Positions 1 to 13,826 of a stretch of DNA of 64,000 nucleotides are shown here, piece by piece (positions within the stretch are counted from its first letter, which is position 1; the number at the start of each line of letters is the position of its first letter). This stretch comes from Eledone cirrhosa (taxonomy: Eukaryota). Made by a program: the position numbers and the translations under genes. The stretch covers positions 277,078,001 through 277,142,000 of the forward strand of contig OZ024740.1 of assembly GCA_964016885.1 (NCBI GenBank). The letters are read 5' to 3'. The notes under the pieces are model-generated. The model ran no database searches. It was not told where the DNA came from and saw nothing but the letters and a program-made list of their open reading frames with translations.

Positions 1-377
1 GGGTAGGTCCTTAGTGTAATAACATACGTTTAAATAGCTTGACAAATTGAAAATTGCGGTAGGCAAAACCCAACCATACAATACCAAAGTAACGAAAGAA
101 CTAACCAGGTTAAAAACAGACCTGGACAGATCGGACGATATTCCGCAATACGTCCGACATGTTTCTATGAACCCGAAATCATCTATCCAACTTACGTAAC
201 ACGTAAGCTTGTTGTATTCCATGATCGAACAGGGGATTCATTTCATCAACAGGCGTTGCGTTCTACTGCCTCAAACTGGTGTGAACAAACTCAATGCGAC
301 CGCCACAATAGACACCCTTCAAACATTTCGTTGTCACGTGTTATTTCAACAAGGGAAGCAACCCCCGGTTTTTGGCG

Positions 378-957
<580 letters not shown>

Positions 958-960
<3 letters not shown>

Positions 961-1345
961 TTTCTGAATTTGATTAGCAAGATTCTTTATCTGAAAACGT
1001 GTGTTGAAACCGATATCGTTATGCTTTGGGAGGGTCATGTTGCCAATAAGAAACACACGCACCAGTTGCTTTCACTCCAATTTATTATAAGTTAAATTTA
1101 TAAATTTAAGAATTTATAAATTTCCGGTTGGTTGGTTGGTTCCACAACCGGACGGTTGTTCATATATTGTCAAACCTCTTTCATCACACATTCTGTGACC
1201 TCTTCAGTGACTGGGGTTTCTTTTCTTTGTTTTTGTGCCTCTCCTTTGTTCTATCCTACGCCATCTTGGTTTTTTATGTGTGTTGTGTGCTTAGTTTGCG
1301 CATGTGTTACATCCGGGTGTCTGTGTGTGTTCATATTTGTTTATT
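958..1345. repeat. Dispersed repeat between (TA)n tracts; homologous copy with partial inverted arm at 59445-59682
   Basis: tttctgaatttg..agcaagattctttatctgaaa..cgtgtgttgaaaccgatat...aagaaacacacgcacca is shared with 59445-59590. Confidence 0.7.
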
Positions 1346-1397
<52 letters not shown>

Positions 1398-1484
1398 CAC
1401 ACATACATACATATATATATATACATATTTATTTATATATATATATATATACACATATATATATATATATATAAATTTTTAAAA

Positions 1485-2095
1485 TGTTCGCTCTTCATGG
1501 CTGAATACAATAAATGTAAGCTGAGCCTTTCGAATATTTATAATAATATTCTATTCGCTTGCAATTATGCACACAGCCTCATTTTAAATCCATCTCAGTA
1601 GAATGAGCCCCTCATTCTGACTCTTGTGTTGCATGTAAACAGAATTTCAGACACTAATGTTTCTGGGTATCACCTTTCATCAGTACAGATCACTGTTCAC
1701 CTGCCAACTGTCAGAGCTAGTGAAAATATATGCTATTTTCTAAAATATACAGTGACTGTTCGGCCTGATTTGCATATTGGAAGACTGGGTGATCAGTCAG
1801 ATCTGCATATTAGCAGATCCACTGATCAGCCAGATTTGCATATCAGCAGACTGACCAGGCAGTTTCCTATATACGAGCGGTTAATGGCCGCCTTTGCCAT
1901 ATTCAAAGAAATAAATAAAAATGATCGTTCTACATGTCTGAATTTGCATATCAGCATTAGTGCCTGCAGTTCTGTTTACATGCCAACACAAGAGCAAGAA
2001 TGAGGGGCTCATTCTACTGACATAGTTTTAAAAATGAGGGTGTTTGCATTATTACAAACGAGTCGAATATTATTATTAATATTCGAAAGGCTCAG

Positions 2096-2100
<5 letters not shown>
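1485..2100. mobile_element. Fold-back/MITE-like element with ~145 bp diverged inverted arms and internal 33-bp repeats containing ATTTGCAT
   Basis: 1514-1660 is inverted relative to 1955-2100; a second, internally deleted copy lies at 39970-40240. Confidence 0.7.
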
Positions 2101-2177
<77 letters not shown>

Positions 2178-2209
2178 AATATATATATATATGTACATAC
2201 ATATATATA

Positions 2210-2258
2210 GTTTCAGAAGATCCTGTTAATGGAGAAAGCAGCGATTCTTTGCTTAAAC
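2210..2258 (+). ncRNA. Hammerhead-like motif with variant core (CAGAAGA)
   Basis: gttt-CAGAAGA-tcc/gga-GAAA-gca..tgc-TT-aaac; further copies at 21573-21621 (+) and ~21344-21392 (-). Confidence 0.4.
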
Positions 2259-2270
2259 TTTAATCTGTTA

Positions 2271-2328
<58 letters not shown>

Positions 2329-2456
2329 AAAGTTTTATTTAAGATTGTTGGGTTACAACGAGTAAATATTTTATAACTGATATAAAAGCACTCAACAGTT
2401 TCTGGAGTAGGTTTACGATATTAAACAAATGGAAACTATATTTATAAAACCATATT

Positions 2457-2522
2457 TATTTCGTTATATATATTTCTGGGATATCATATTAAAAATATGT
2501 TATGCCTTCCTCAGACAAAATA
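2457..2522 (-). ncRNA. Type I hammerhead ribozyme (inverted pLTR copy)
   Basis: Reverse complement of 5959-6024. Confidence 0.75.
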
Positions 2523-2761
2523 CAATACATAAGCTGTTTTATAAATAATTAGTGACATACCTTGTAATAATGCAACTTCCTTTTAAAAAGTTGATTTGGT
2601 AGTGAAACTGTTATGATAGTTATATAGAAAGAAAACGAAGATGAGAAGAAGAAGATGAAGAGATGTATGTCAATAAAAAAAGAAGAAGATGAAGAGATGT
2701 ATGTAAAGAGAAAAGAGATGTATGTAAAGAAAAACAACGGAGCGAGATAGAGAGACAAGGA

Positions 2762-4735
2762 GTCAGATTCAAGAGAAGCTTCAATGGCCAGGAATATCTG
2801 AAAAGCATTAGGGATAACATTGCGAGCTTAGAGAGAACAGAGAAGATCTTGGTGAAATCGGACAAAACCAACAACCTCTATGGAGTGGAAAAAGACATGT
2901 ATAATGGCCCCATACTGAAAGAACTAAGGAAAAAGTACAAGGTAGCAGATAAGGCTGAACTTGAGAAAATGAATGTTGAGGCATCATGTATAATGCATGA
3001 GTTGGAAATTGAGAACAAAACACAACCTTTCGTGCCTAGGAAACCCAAGATCAATATGAAAGATCACAAGAGAAATTTTGAAAATGACTTGCCAGTCAGG
3101 TTGATTGCACCATCAAAATCTGACCTGGGTAAACTTAGCAAGAACATTCTAGACAGAGTGATACAGCAAATTAAGGACTTGAATTGTTTACCTGGCTTGA
3201 CCTTGTGGAAGGGTACTGGGGAGGTCATTGAGTGGTTTAATGAAATTAAATATAACAATAATAATAAATTTATTCAACTAGATATTGCTAACTACTATTC
3301 ATCCATTACCCCTAATCTACTTAATAAAGCACTAAATTACGCATTCAAGCATACAGACCTAACTAGCAATGAAATGCACATTATATTATCGGCAAGGAAA
3401 ACTTTGATAGAATTTAATAACCAACTATGGACTAGGGCAGATAGAGATAATAATTTTGACATTACTATGGGATCATCAGACTCAGCTCAGGTAACGGACC
3501 TTGTGGGCCTATTTATAATTAATTCGCTGCATAGGAAAATACCCGGTGTTACCGGAGGTTTATATAGAGATGACATGCTTTTACTTATTGAAAATAATAA
3601 CTCTGAACTAAATAAGAAAAGAAAACAAATTATACAATTTTTTAATTACCTTAATCTAAAAATAGAAATTGAGAATAACCATAGAATAGTCAATTTCCTA
3701 GACGTAACATTTAATCTCAACACATGTCTCCACTATCCATTTCACAAGTTAAATGAAAACTTGAATTATGTTAATCTTAGCTCCAATCACCCCAGATCTG
3801 TCAAAAATACTATAGTAAACTCTGTTCAAAAACGTATCTCTAGAATCTCTTCCAATAAAAATATTTTTGACGAAAAAGCCCAATATTATAATGATGCTTT
3901 AGCTAGAGCAGGATATAGTGATAAAATTATGTACATAGATAATAGACAAACTAACCAAAATAACAACAATTTTAATTACAGTAACAACTTTAACAACTAT
4001 AATAGAAAGCACTACAATAATTTCAAAAACCAGAAAAGAAATAGAACTAGAAATATAATATGGTTTGCCCCCCCCCCCCCTTTCTCACTAAACATTAAAA
4101 CCCACATCGCTAAACTATTTTTTAATGCTCTTGACAAACGCTTCCCTAGAACACATAAGTATCACTCAATTTTTAATAGACATACTATAAAATTAACGTA
4201 CTCGTCCACCAAAAATTTAGCACAAAATATTAATAGAATAAATAATAGGAATCTAAAACCTAGCCAAAATACCGAAAATAGCCTAAACAATATTCAACTA
4301 AAAAACTGTAACTGTAGAGATAGATCTAAATGTCCGCTAAATAACAATTGCTTAGTTAAAAATATAATATACAACTGTAATGTTAGAACTGATTTAAATT
4401 CTTTTAATTATGTTGGTTCCACCTCGACAGAATTTAAACTTCGCTATAATAATCACAAAAATTCTTTCACGGATCCAAATAAAAAATCATCAACATCGCT
4501 GTCAGGGTTACTCTGGCAACTTAAGCATGATAAAGTTGGATATTCGATGGTTTGGAATATAGTCTCAAAAGAGATTCCTTTTAATTCCTCTTCTGAGACT
4601 TGTGACCTCTGCGCGGAGGAGATATTCTTTATATTAAAATCTAAAAATTCCCTTAATTTACGAACCAATTTATTCAGCTGTTGCAGACATAGATTGAACT
4701 CAACATTTAAATATAAATATAAATTTAAAATGTAG
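2762..4735 (+). CDS. PLE reverse transcriptase + GIY-YIG endonuclease (N-terminally truncated open frame)
   Basis: FIQLDIANYYSSI, TMGSSDSAQVTDLVG, LYRDD, FLDVTF, SNHP, CNC..CPL..C, IIY..YVGSTSTEFKLRYNNH, CDLC..E. The frame is open from the junction at 2762 (VRFKRSF...), upstream of the TTG start given in the ORF track. Confidence 0.92.
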   Translation, partial: VRFKRSFNGQEYLKSIRDNIASLERTEKILVKSDKTNNLYGVEKDMYNGPILKELRKKYKVADKAELEKMNVEASCIMHELEIENKTQPFVPRKPKINMKDHKRNFENDLPVRLIAPSKSDLGKLSKNILDRVIQQIKDLNCLPGLTLWKGTGEVIEWFNEIKYNNNNKFIQLDIANYYSSITPNLLNKALNYAFKHTDLTSNEMHIILSARKTLIEFNNQLWTRADRDNNFDITMGSSDSAQVTDLVGLFIINSLHRKIPGVTGGLYRDDMLLLIENNNSELNKKRKQIIQFFNYLNLKIEIENNHRIVNFLDVTFNLNTCLHYPFHKLNENLNYVNLSSNHPRSVKNTIVNSVQKRISRISSNKNIFDEKAQYYNDALARAGYSDKIMYIDNRQTNQNNNNFNYSNNFNNYNRKHYNNFKNQKRNRTRNIIWFAPPPPFSLNIKTHIAKLFFNALDKRFPRTHKYHSIFNRHTIKLTYSSTKNLAQNINRINNRNLKPSQNTENSLNNIQLKNCNCRDRSKCPLNNNCLVKNIIYNCNVRTDLNSFNYVGSTSTEFKLRYNNHKNSFTDPNKKSSTSLSGLLWQLKHDKVGYSMVWNIVSKEIPFNSSSETCDLCAEEIFFILKSKNSLNLRTNLFSCCRHRLNSTFKYKYKFKM

Positions 4736-5958
4736 TATAAAATGTAGTATATTTACTTAAGGTATTTGACTATTTGTGATACATGGCGATAAATCTTTCG
4801 ATTCCTTCAATTTTTTTTTTTAAAACCTTTCCGCATGAATATATAATTAATGAGATTAAATAAACTACCCTAAAATTGGCGTTGTTCCCAATCTTTTGAA
4901 TAAATTTTTAAGCTGGATAAACTTCTATAATAAATATAAGAGCATTTGTAGAATAAGTTTTGAATGATTTCTGATAAATAAGGCTTGGTGAGCAATTTTG
5001 GTCTTGTTTGCTTATGACCGATATGCGTGGCATACTATGTTCTCTTGCATCCCTAGATACTCTGTGGAGTGACGAAGATATTCTTGGCGTTTTTAATTTT
5101 AATATTGATATCTGTTGTCTACTCTATGCTTGATCGATGATTATTTTAGATGTTAATGTATATCTTATATGTTTTGTGTCTATATATATGTATATATGTA
5201 TGTAAATGTATGTAGGGTGGAATCTTTTCTAACGCATTGAAGTTTTTCTTTTCTGACACATTGAAGTTTTTCATGAAATATAAGAATCAGTACGGCGTAT
5301 CACCTAGGTTCACATGTGCGTCTATATTTATCAACTTGAATTTGAGATAACCTTCTCTTTTCTCATTTTTCACGAGAATGCATATATACTTATGTTTGAA
5401 GTTTTGTCTCAGATTTTGATTATAGACCTAAGAATTTTTAACTGAGCATGTGGTCATTTTTTTACACATTATAGATATGTGTCTCATTCATGAATACTGA
5501 TATTTACATTATAATGCCTAATTCATAAAAATTGATAATTCAAATGGATGAGACATAATATATTTTTAATATATTTTAAATATATCATCTTTCTTTCTTT
5601 TTCTCCTATACACTAATCTAACTGTATCCCTTCCCTTAACCTCTCACATATACGATGATCATCTGTCAAAAAGCAGCCTACTATGTTTTGTTTTTTCACC
5701 ATCAATGTATTTCTCTCTATCCTTGTCTCTCTATCTCGCTCCGTTGTTTTTCTTTACATACATCTCTTTTCTCTTTACATACATCTCTTCATCTTCTTCT
5801 TTTTTTATTTACATACATCTCTTCATCTTCTTCTTCTCATCTTCGTTTTCTTTCTATATAACTATCATAACAGTTTCACTACCAAATCAACTTTTTAAAA
5901 GGAAGTTGCATTATTACAAGGTATGTCACTAATTATTTATAAAACAGCTTATGTATTG

Positions 5959-6024
5959 TATTTTGTCTGAGGAAGGCATAACATATTTTTAATATGATAT
6001 CCCAGAAATATATATAACGAAATA
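5959..6024 (+). ncRNA. Type I hammerhead ribozyme in PLE 3' pLTR
   Basis: tattttgt-CTGAGGA-hairpin(catatt/aatatg)-GAAA-tatata-TA-acgaaata; 8-bp stem I, palindromic stem III, AUA site, overlapping AATAAA. Confidence 0.8.
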
Positions 6025-6064
6025 AATATGGTTTTATAAATATAGTTTCCATTTGTTTAATACC

Positions 6065-6118
<54 letters not shown>

Positions 6119-6119
<1 letters not shown>

Positions 6120-6445
6120 TATAAAAGAGAAAACACAGGTAAGCATTAAGAGGTAAGCATTTTGGACTGTGAACAACAATTATAATTGAGTGGTTGCTAT
6201 TTGCAGTATAGCAATATAAGTATAGCAATATAATATCACTTACCAATGAAACGGTCGTAAATACCTGGATTAAATCCTTCTCTTAATGCTTACCTGTGTT
6301 TTCTCTTTTATACTTTATACTCCAAGATTGAACGGAATTCTTACAAACTTGTGGAGTTACCCCTAACCGTACGTTGAAACCATCCATGAAACTGGCTTTC
6401 TTAACCAAAAACTAGATCACAATAAGCAATTTTTTGCTTCTCTAA
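6119..6445. repeat. Short asymmetric inverted-repeat element in (TA)n
   Basis: 6119-6153 is inverted at 6279-6313; right arm runs ~130 nt further; GAAACGGTC half-HHR motif at ~6248. Confidence 0.6.
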
Positions 6446-6458
6446 CTATATATATATA

Positions 6459-6545
<87 letters not shown>

Positions 6546-6548
<3 letters not shown>

Positions 6549-9500
6549 AGGGTATTGAAGTTTGCTTGAAGCATTGTGGAATAATAAGGTAAATTTCTTT
6601 AAGTCGTTTGGAAGCCTCGACAATGCAGATGGGTAAATCTCCGCGTAACAAGATCGGGTGGTGGAGAGAGAGAGATGTAAGTGGGTGTACGTTGAGATGC
6701 GTGGCATGTAGAAGACTGTAGCGTGTTGAAGAATGTAGGAAAGAGCGTAAAGGATAAAAATAAAAATAATAACACGAGATAGAGTTACCTTTGGAGAGAT
6801 TTAATTGTCCCTATATATTTCGGATTCACATACATCAACTGGCTTTTTTTCCGGGAGGGGGGGGGGTCACTCCACTACCGAATCTTGTTACCCGGAGATT
6901 TACCCATCTGCATTATCGAGGCTTCCAAACGACTTAAAGAAATTTACCTTATTATTCCACAATGCTGCAAGCAAACTTCAATACTCTCTTAGCCTTACAC
7001 CTGAGCCAACAATTGTTTGCATCCGTAAGGGAACTGTTTAGACTGTCGGAGAAATGGGCCAATGCTGGCTGTCAAATTATTTTCCTGGAACGCTGCCTAA
7101 AAAACGATGTCATCCCCAATACCATCAGGAACATCCGCTTACCAGGAAGCCTACGTACGCCAGCTTTCCAAAACACCACTAACCGCATACATCGCACGTG
7201 TATTAAACAGATTCTGAGACAACGTAACCGCCAATTACACATCCATAATCGGACACTCTCAGACGGACACATCGTCTGCCAATAGCACCCGGAGACTTGC
7301 TCCTGAAAATCACTAAAGCAATCGACCAGTGCTACCACTCCAGAGTCCAATACGAGAAAAAACGGCTCAAGCGGAAATATGAGTGGATCTTGTTTAAACT
7401 CCACAATGAGAACATCGACATTAACGAACAGACGGACCAGAACCACGTGGAAAACAACAACGTAACAACCGCCACCACCGCATCCACCGACACCGAGCCA
7501 CACCTCAACAATGCGACGCACCTGGTCACCGACCTAACCGGCACTCTCACGAACGACGAGCTGAAACTCCTACACCTCGGACCTAAGTTCATCGTCTCAC
7601 AACGACTCGACATCGAGGCCAACTTTTGTCGAGCGCTTACCAACTTAAATGGGTGACCGCCATCAACAGCGCCACAGAAAATAACAGCACCCACGCAACC
7701 CACCCCAAGTTCCCCACTTACCACCCAGACAACCTCCCCCACCCACCAACCACGAACTCGATACTAAACTCATCAGGCTAAAACAAGGTCACAGGAATTA
7801 CTCCCGCGCAGATAGAGGAGCACATCAACGCCGCCTGGACCAACATCTGCGACCGGCGGAAGCTCCCGAAGAAGCTGAGATACAACCTCCTCACGAGGAA
7901 CAGCAGACTACCCGCCTTCTACCACCTCGTGAAAACACACAAACAGGGACCGGACCTGAAGATCAGGCCCATTGTATCGAGCGTGGAAGGACCGCTCTAC
8001 AAAATTTCATGGCTCCTAGCCAGAATACTCAAACCCATCTTAGACACCTTGCGGGGACACGTTAACAGCTCCGAGGAGGTGTTGAAGCGCCTGCATCAAA
8101 TGGATCCCGACACCGGAAAGGATAATAGATATGCCTTCAGCCTTGATGTAGTCGTTCTCAACACCTCGGTCCCGGCACTCCCGGCCGTTAATATACTGAT
8201 GGAACGCGTCCAATCCACCGACCTACAGTGCTTCGGGCTCACGACCACTGACATCCACCAACTCCTATCCATCGTCGTCGACAACACCTACTTCGGATTC
8301 CTTGATCAAACATACCAGCAAACCTCGGGACTTCCCATGGGATCAAGCCTGTCGGATGTGCTAACGATCTCTTACATGGACAGCCTCGAGCGCAAGGCAC
8401 TCAACGCCTGCCACCCCAACGCCGTCGCCTTTTTCTCAAGGTACGTGGACGATATCCTCATCCTCACATCTTCCCAAGACATGGCGAACAGAATCTATGA
8501 GACGTTCAACAACACGGACGAGAACATTAACTTCAGTGTTGAACACCCCACGACGACGGGTCACTTGCCCTCCTCGACTTCCGAATCAACATCACGGAAC
8601 AGGGACGGATCTACTGCAACTTCTACCGAAAGACAGCCTGTTCGTCCATTACATGTCCGCCCTTCCTAACAGTGCCAAAATAGGACACATCACGAACGAG
8701 ATCGCGCGAATCAAAGACAGATACAGCGATCCCGCGAGTGGTGTCACTCATACCAAGCGATTCCTCGAGGTGCTGGAGACGAACGGATACCCTACCTCGC
8801 TCACAGACAGAGTAGGAGACACCAGACACAAGAGACAGAGAGGCATCCAAAGCAAGTGCTTCCTTAAAATGTCACACCTAGGGGAGAATACCACCAACGC
8901 TATCCGCAAGGCTATACGGAGGGCCTCAACATCCACCTGGCCCACTCGGGCCCCTCCCTGCGAAGATGCCTCTCCAGGAAACCCGTGAAATCAACTGACG
9001 CGTGATCCCTCAGAGACTGCCCGATGCGCCATGCGAACTGTTACCTACGCATATACGTCGTGTATAAGATAGAATGTAACAAGTGCAACCAATACTGTAT
9101 AGGTAGCACAATCCGGCCGCTGCACATCCGGATCAAGGAGCACACTAACACCAGGACCTCGTCTTTCCGGAAACACATAGCCAAATGCGGAAACAAAGAC
9201 AGAAGGCCCATTGTCACAATTCTAGCGACAGAAAGAAACGTCGGCACATTACGTATCAAGGAAGCACTTTGGATCAAACGATAGGGCCACAATTAAACAA
9301 CCGATCTGAGAGAAGCGAAATGGGGTGGTTGGTTTAAGTTAACAAACGATGAAGCAACACACGCACACACACACACCAGCGAGACAGCAACACACGCACG
9401 CACACACACACAGTAGCATTCTACCATACGAACATACTACACTGCCAATACAGAGGAACAAGGCAACAACACACGCACACACACACACACTCAAGCGAGA

Positions 9501-9997
9501 CAACAACACATGCACACACACACACAGTAACATTCATCAAACAGGCAGAGAATACTATGGACTGACAGCTAGCACCACCCCACTCCCACAATTGAAAGAA
9601 ATATTTCGGCCGCTGACCTCTGTTTGACCGACCCCATTAGACGCGCACGCGCGCTCTGCTGAATTCCTCAGATATTCAAAACAACGAACAGTGGAGAACA
9701 CTTTTCGCACCTTTCCGACAGACAACCTCCCCCCCCCCCGGAAAAAACCCAGTTGATGGATGTGAATCCGAAATATATAGGGACAATTAAATCTCTCCCA
9801 AGGTAACTCTATCTCGTGTTATTATTTTTATTATTATCCTTTACGCTCTTTCCTACATTCTTCTACACGCTACAGTCTTCTACATGCCACGCATCTCAAC
9901 GTACACCCACTTACATCTCTCTCTCCACCACCCGATCTTGTTACGCGGAGATTTACCCATCTGCATTGTCGAGGCTTCCAAACGACTTAAAGAAATT

Positions 9998-10000
<3 letters not shown>
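6546..10000 (+). mobile_element. Decayed Penelope/Poseidon-type PLE with inverted (6546-6868), partial direct (6869-6992) and 3' (9727-10000) pLTR copies, in (TA)n
   Basis: Three copies of the gagatttacccatctgcatt..gaggcttccaaacgac segment; RT and GIY-YIG remnants between them. Confidence 0.9.
6962..9335 (+). pseudogene. Disrupted PLE RT/GIY-YIG ORF
   Basis: KTHK..IRPIVSS, FSLDVV, QTSGLPMGSSLS, RYVDDI, VVYKIECNKCNQYCIGSTIRPLHIRIKEH, split over several frames by stops and frameshifts. Confidence 0.9.
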
Positions 10001-10069
<69 letters not shown>

Positions 10070-10304
10070 CACATTTTAGTACAGCATTAACGAAGCTTTA
10101 GGCTGCGGCTAAGCTAACGAATGAAAATTCGGATTGTAGCTTTAGCACTCGATAGAGAATAACACCCCAGAGTAATAACAATACGTTTAGACAGCTTTGC
10201 AAATCAAATATAGCGATCGGCTGTCCAGCCGCATTGCCATAGCAACGAAAATGATTGGACTCAGGAAAAGATTTTATATATATATATATATACATATATA
10301 TATG

Positions 10305-10376
<72 letters not shown>

Positions 10377-10377
<1 letters not shown>

Positions 10378-10504
10378 CAAAGGAACCAGATGGACCATAA
10401 CGCACCAGAGTACTCAATACTTAGGGCAGAAAAAGTATGACCCCGACGGCAGAGCTCAAGCCGTTTCATCGTCCAGAAACGGCATGAGCTCTGCTTTTTC
10501 CTAT
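10377..10504. repeat. Fold-back mini-element family H, copy 1
   Basis: aaggaaccagatggaccataacgcaccagagtactcaatacttaggg...gacggcagagctcaagccgtttc; shared with 13588, 15112, 36848 and 40570. Confidence 0.8.
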
Positions 10505-10721
10505 ATATATACTTTTTCCTATATATATATATATTTATATAGTTATATATATGTATATATGCATGCATACGTATGTGTGTAATTAATTTTTCTAAACGCC
10601 TGTCTATCAACTTATATATATGTAAAACAATATGCAAATTCCCCGAGTTGTGTCGAGGGGTGGGGTAAACACAGTTAAATACATTAGCGTACAGGCATGT
10701 TTATTATATATATACAAAAAG

Positions 10722-10940
10722 ATGGTGGATTGGCAGTATTGGTAGAACGTCGGACACCCTGCTTTGCGGCATAGAATTACCCCCCTTTACGTTCTGAGTT
10801 TAAATCTCACCGAGGTTAGCTTTGCCTTTCATTCTTACGGAGTCGCTAAAATAAAGGACCAGTAATGCCCTGGGGTCGATTTAATCAACATTCTCCTCCC
10901 CTTCAAATTGCCAGCCTTTGGTTTAAATAGAAACAATAAT
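10722..10940 (+). mobile_element. tRNA-derived SINE
   Basis: A-box-like TGGCAGTATTGG, B-box-like GAGTTTAAATC, conserved body gcctttcat.cttacgg.gtcg.taaaataaag.accag. Confidence 0.8.
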
Positions 10941-11033
10941 ATAGAAACTCCTCATGATTTCGCACGAATAATTCTTGATGATTTCATATGAATGAAACAG
11001 TTCTAGTCCTGCAGAAGCCATTTCTATATATAT

Positions 11034-11225
11034 AATTGTTTCTGCTTTTGGCACAAAGCCAGCAAATTCACCAGTACATTACTGGTACTTTATTTTATCG
11101 ACCCCTTAAGGATGAAAAGCAAAGTTACCCTCGGCGGGATTTGAACTCAGAATGGCAAGGAGCATAACTCTATGCGTCAAAGCATGGTTTCCGACCCTCT
11201 ACCGACACTGCCATTCCACCGCCAT
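11034..11225 (-). mobile_element. tRNA-derived SINE (tail-to-tail with previous copy)
   Basis: Reverse complement of the same family consensus. Confidence 0.8.
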
Positions 11226-11537
11226 ATATAATATAGTTATATATGTAAAGTAATATAAGTATATGCAGACAAACACACATAAATATATACTCACACATAA
11301 ATATATACTCATGTATCGATCTACTTCTCTGTTTAACTATCTCGCTGTCTATATTTCAATCTAAAATCAATGTATCAGGTATCCCCTTTATATGTTAATG
11401 CGTGTGCGACTGTGTGTTTGATTACCTATATATCAATTTGACTGTCTTACATTTATCGAAACTGTTCCTATATATTCACTGATTCTCTCCTTCTCTTTCT
11501 GATTGCATACACACCACATTCGCACACACAGATACAG

Positions 11538-11572
<35 letters not shown>

Positions 11573-11651
11573 CATGCATGCATGCATGTACAAATATACA
11601 ACGATATATTTGTATGTATAAATATATATACAAACTCATATATACATACTC

Positions 11652-11682
<31 letters not shown>

Positions 11683-11750
11683 CGCATATATACATACTCA
11701 TATATAGCTACATATGGACATACATACATGTATATATATATACGTATATG

Positions 11751-11799
<49 letters not shown>

Positions 11800-11897
11800 A
11801 AAAGATCCGTCCATGTATCTCTCTCTAACACTGTCTAGATATAGAAATCTCTATATCTCTAACAAATAATCATTTATCTTCCTCATCTCTCTCTGTC

Positions 11898-11930
<33 letters not shown>

Positions 11931-12059
11931 ATTACGGTTCTTTCTCTTGCCAATATACACCAGACACATATATATATGTATATATATTTATTTATATATA
12001 TATATATGTATATACATATATATATATATATTTATTTATATATATATGTGTGTGTATAA

Positions 12060-12134
<75 letters not shown>

Positions 12135-12677
12135 ATGCATACCGTTATATATGTATGTGTGTATGTGTGTGTGTGTGTGTGTGTGTATTAGTACTTATCT
12201 TCTCTGTCTCTTTCCCTTCTCTCAATCAATCTACACACATCATGTCGTCTTCTCTTTTAGACACCCATGTCCATTACCCAATCACTACTGGAATTCTCTC
12301 CTTCACTTCTTCTTTCTCGAATGTTCTATGCCATTCTCTAGTCACATACTTTCTTTTATTTTCTCTATTCCCTTTTCGTTCTTTCCTTCTTCCCTTCTAT
12401 AATTTTTTTTTTTTTGCGATATGCACACTTTTCTCCTGTAACACCTGCCGGCTTGGTAAACATTTCTATCCACATCCGCCGGAACATCGAGCAGTTTTGC
12501 TTGTCATTTGATCATCTACTGCTGACCACATTTACCAAATGCCTATCTGTCACGTGACAGCTTATCATATCTCGTTTCCCAATTTCGTTTTCCTGTCTGA
12601 ATTGCGCCCCGCTTATATTTTCATATCCAATCCCAATAATATATACATATATACATATACAAATATATATATATATA

Positions 12678-12749
<72 letters not shown>

Positions 12750-12818
12750 TGGTACCCCAGCATGGTCTCAGCCAGCCGGATGGCTGGAATAGGTAAAAGA
12801 GTAAAAGAGTGTACATAT

Positions 12819-12898
<80 letters not shown>

Positions 12899-13204
12899 GT
12901 GTGCATCTATATATATAAACATAAACATACATACATTCATACATTTATGTACATTTGTATATACTTGTATATATGTGAACGTCTGATTGCTCGTGAGTGA
13001 ACCCAGTACATCTTGTTGCAAGACCGGGTCGTTGGCAACTAAATTGACAAACACTTAAGCTTGCTTGGTATGGATGATGCTTTCGGTCAACATGCGGGAC
13101 GAAAAAAAATAGTCACAGCATAGATAAACCCTGGAAAGTCAACTGCAATTCAATGTTGGTATATATGGTATATATAGTATATATGGTATATACGAGCATA
13201 TATA

Positions 13205-13305
13205 CACGGTGTTCCCCACAAAAATGTATACTCTTTGATTAACTTTAAAGGCAATATTTATTAGAATTCTGTTGAAGTGTGTATACATTTTTGTGGGAGA
13301 CTCTG
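13205..13305. mobile_element. Tc1/mariner-like MITE
   Basis: TA-flanked; ~26-bp imperfect TIRs cacggtgttccccacaaaaatgtatac / gtatacatttttgtgggagactctg. Confidence 0.7.
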
Positions 13306-13587
13306 TATATATCTGTTTATAGATTTGTATGAATGGCATTGGAGAAGAACAGTCTTACTTTAGCATTGTACCCTTTTTAGTCTCTAACCAACTTTCTTTG
13401 ATTCGTCTTGTTGCTAGCTTACATATTCAACTATTTTGATAATAGCTTTTGTGTCACACTAGAGTTTGTCACTAGACAATGTGAAATGTAGGCTTAGCTT
13501 TCGCTCCATATTTATTGTTACTTACGGTTCGTCAAAACGAAATCGATGAAAGATGGGCAAAAATCTGAAAATAATCGTATATATATA

Positions 13588-13701
13588 TAGGAAAATGTTA
13601 AAACCCGACGGCAGAGCTCCTATTACCCACTCTACTATCGTAAGTATTGAGTACTCTGGTGCGTTATGGTCCATCTGGTTCCTTACCACACTTCCTTCGC
13701 T
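13588..13701. repeat. Fold-back mini-element family H, copy 2 (centre deleted)
   Basis: cccgacggcagagctc joined to ctattacccactctact...gagtactctggtgcgttatggtccatctggttcctt. Confidence 0.75.
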
Positions 13702-13776
13702 ATATATATATATATATATATATGTAAGTATGTGTGTATACGTACATACATATATGTATACAGACGTACAGTAGCA

Positions 13777-13826
<50 letters not shown>

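Larger units (their letters stand above)
2326..6067 (+). mobile_element. Penelope-like retroelement (Naiad-type), 5'-truncated, with inverted pLTR copy, inserted in (TA)n
   Basis: RT+GIY-YIG ORF; 2414-2761 is the reverse complement of 5720-6067; HHR in both copies; (TA)n on both sides. Confidence 0.92.

Noticed and set aside
1760-1860. CRISPR-like spaced repeats
   Set aside because: Only three degenerate tandem units, no unique spacers, no cas genes, eukaryotic context
4067-4081. Poly-C run as a programmed frameshift site
   Set aside because: Frame is preserved; most simply a homopolymer expansion in the WxNPP motif
9735-9785. HHR in the Poseidon-type pLTR (ggat/atcc-GAAA-tata-TA-ggga)
   Set aside because: No recognisable CUGANGA in either copy; at most a decayed remnant
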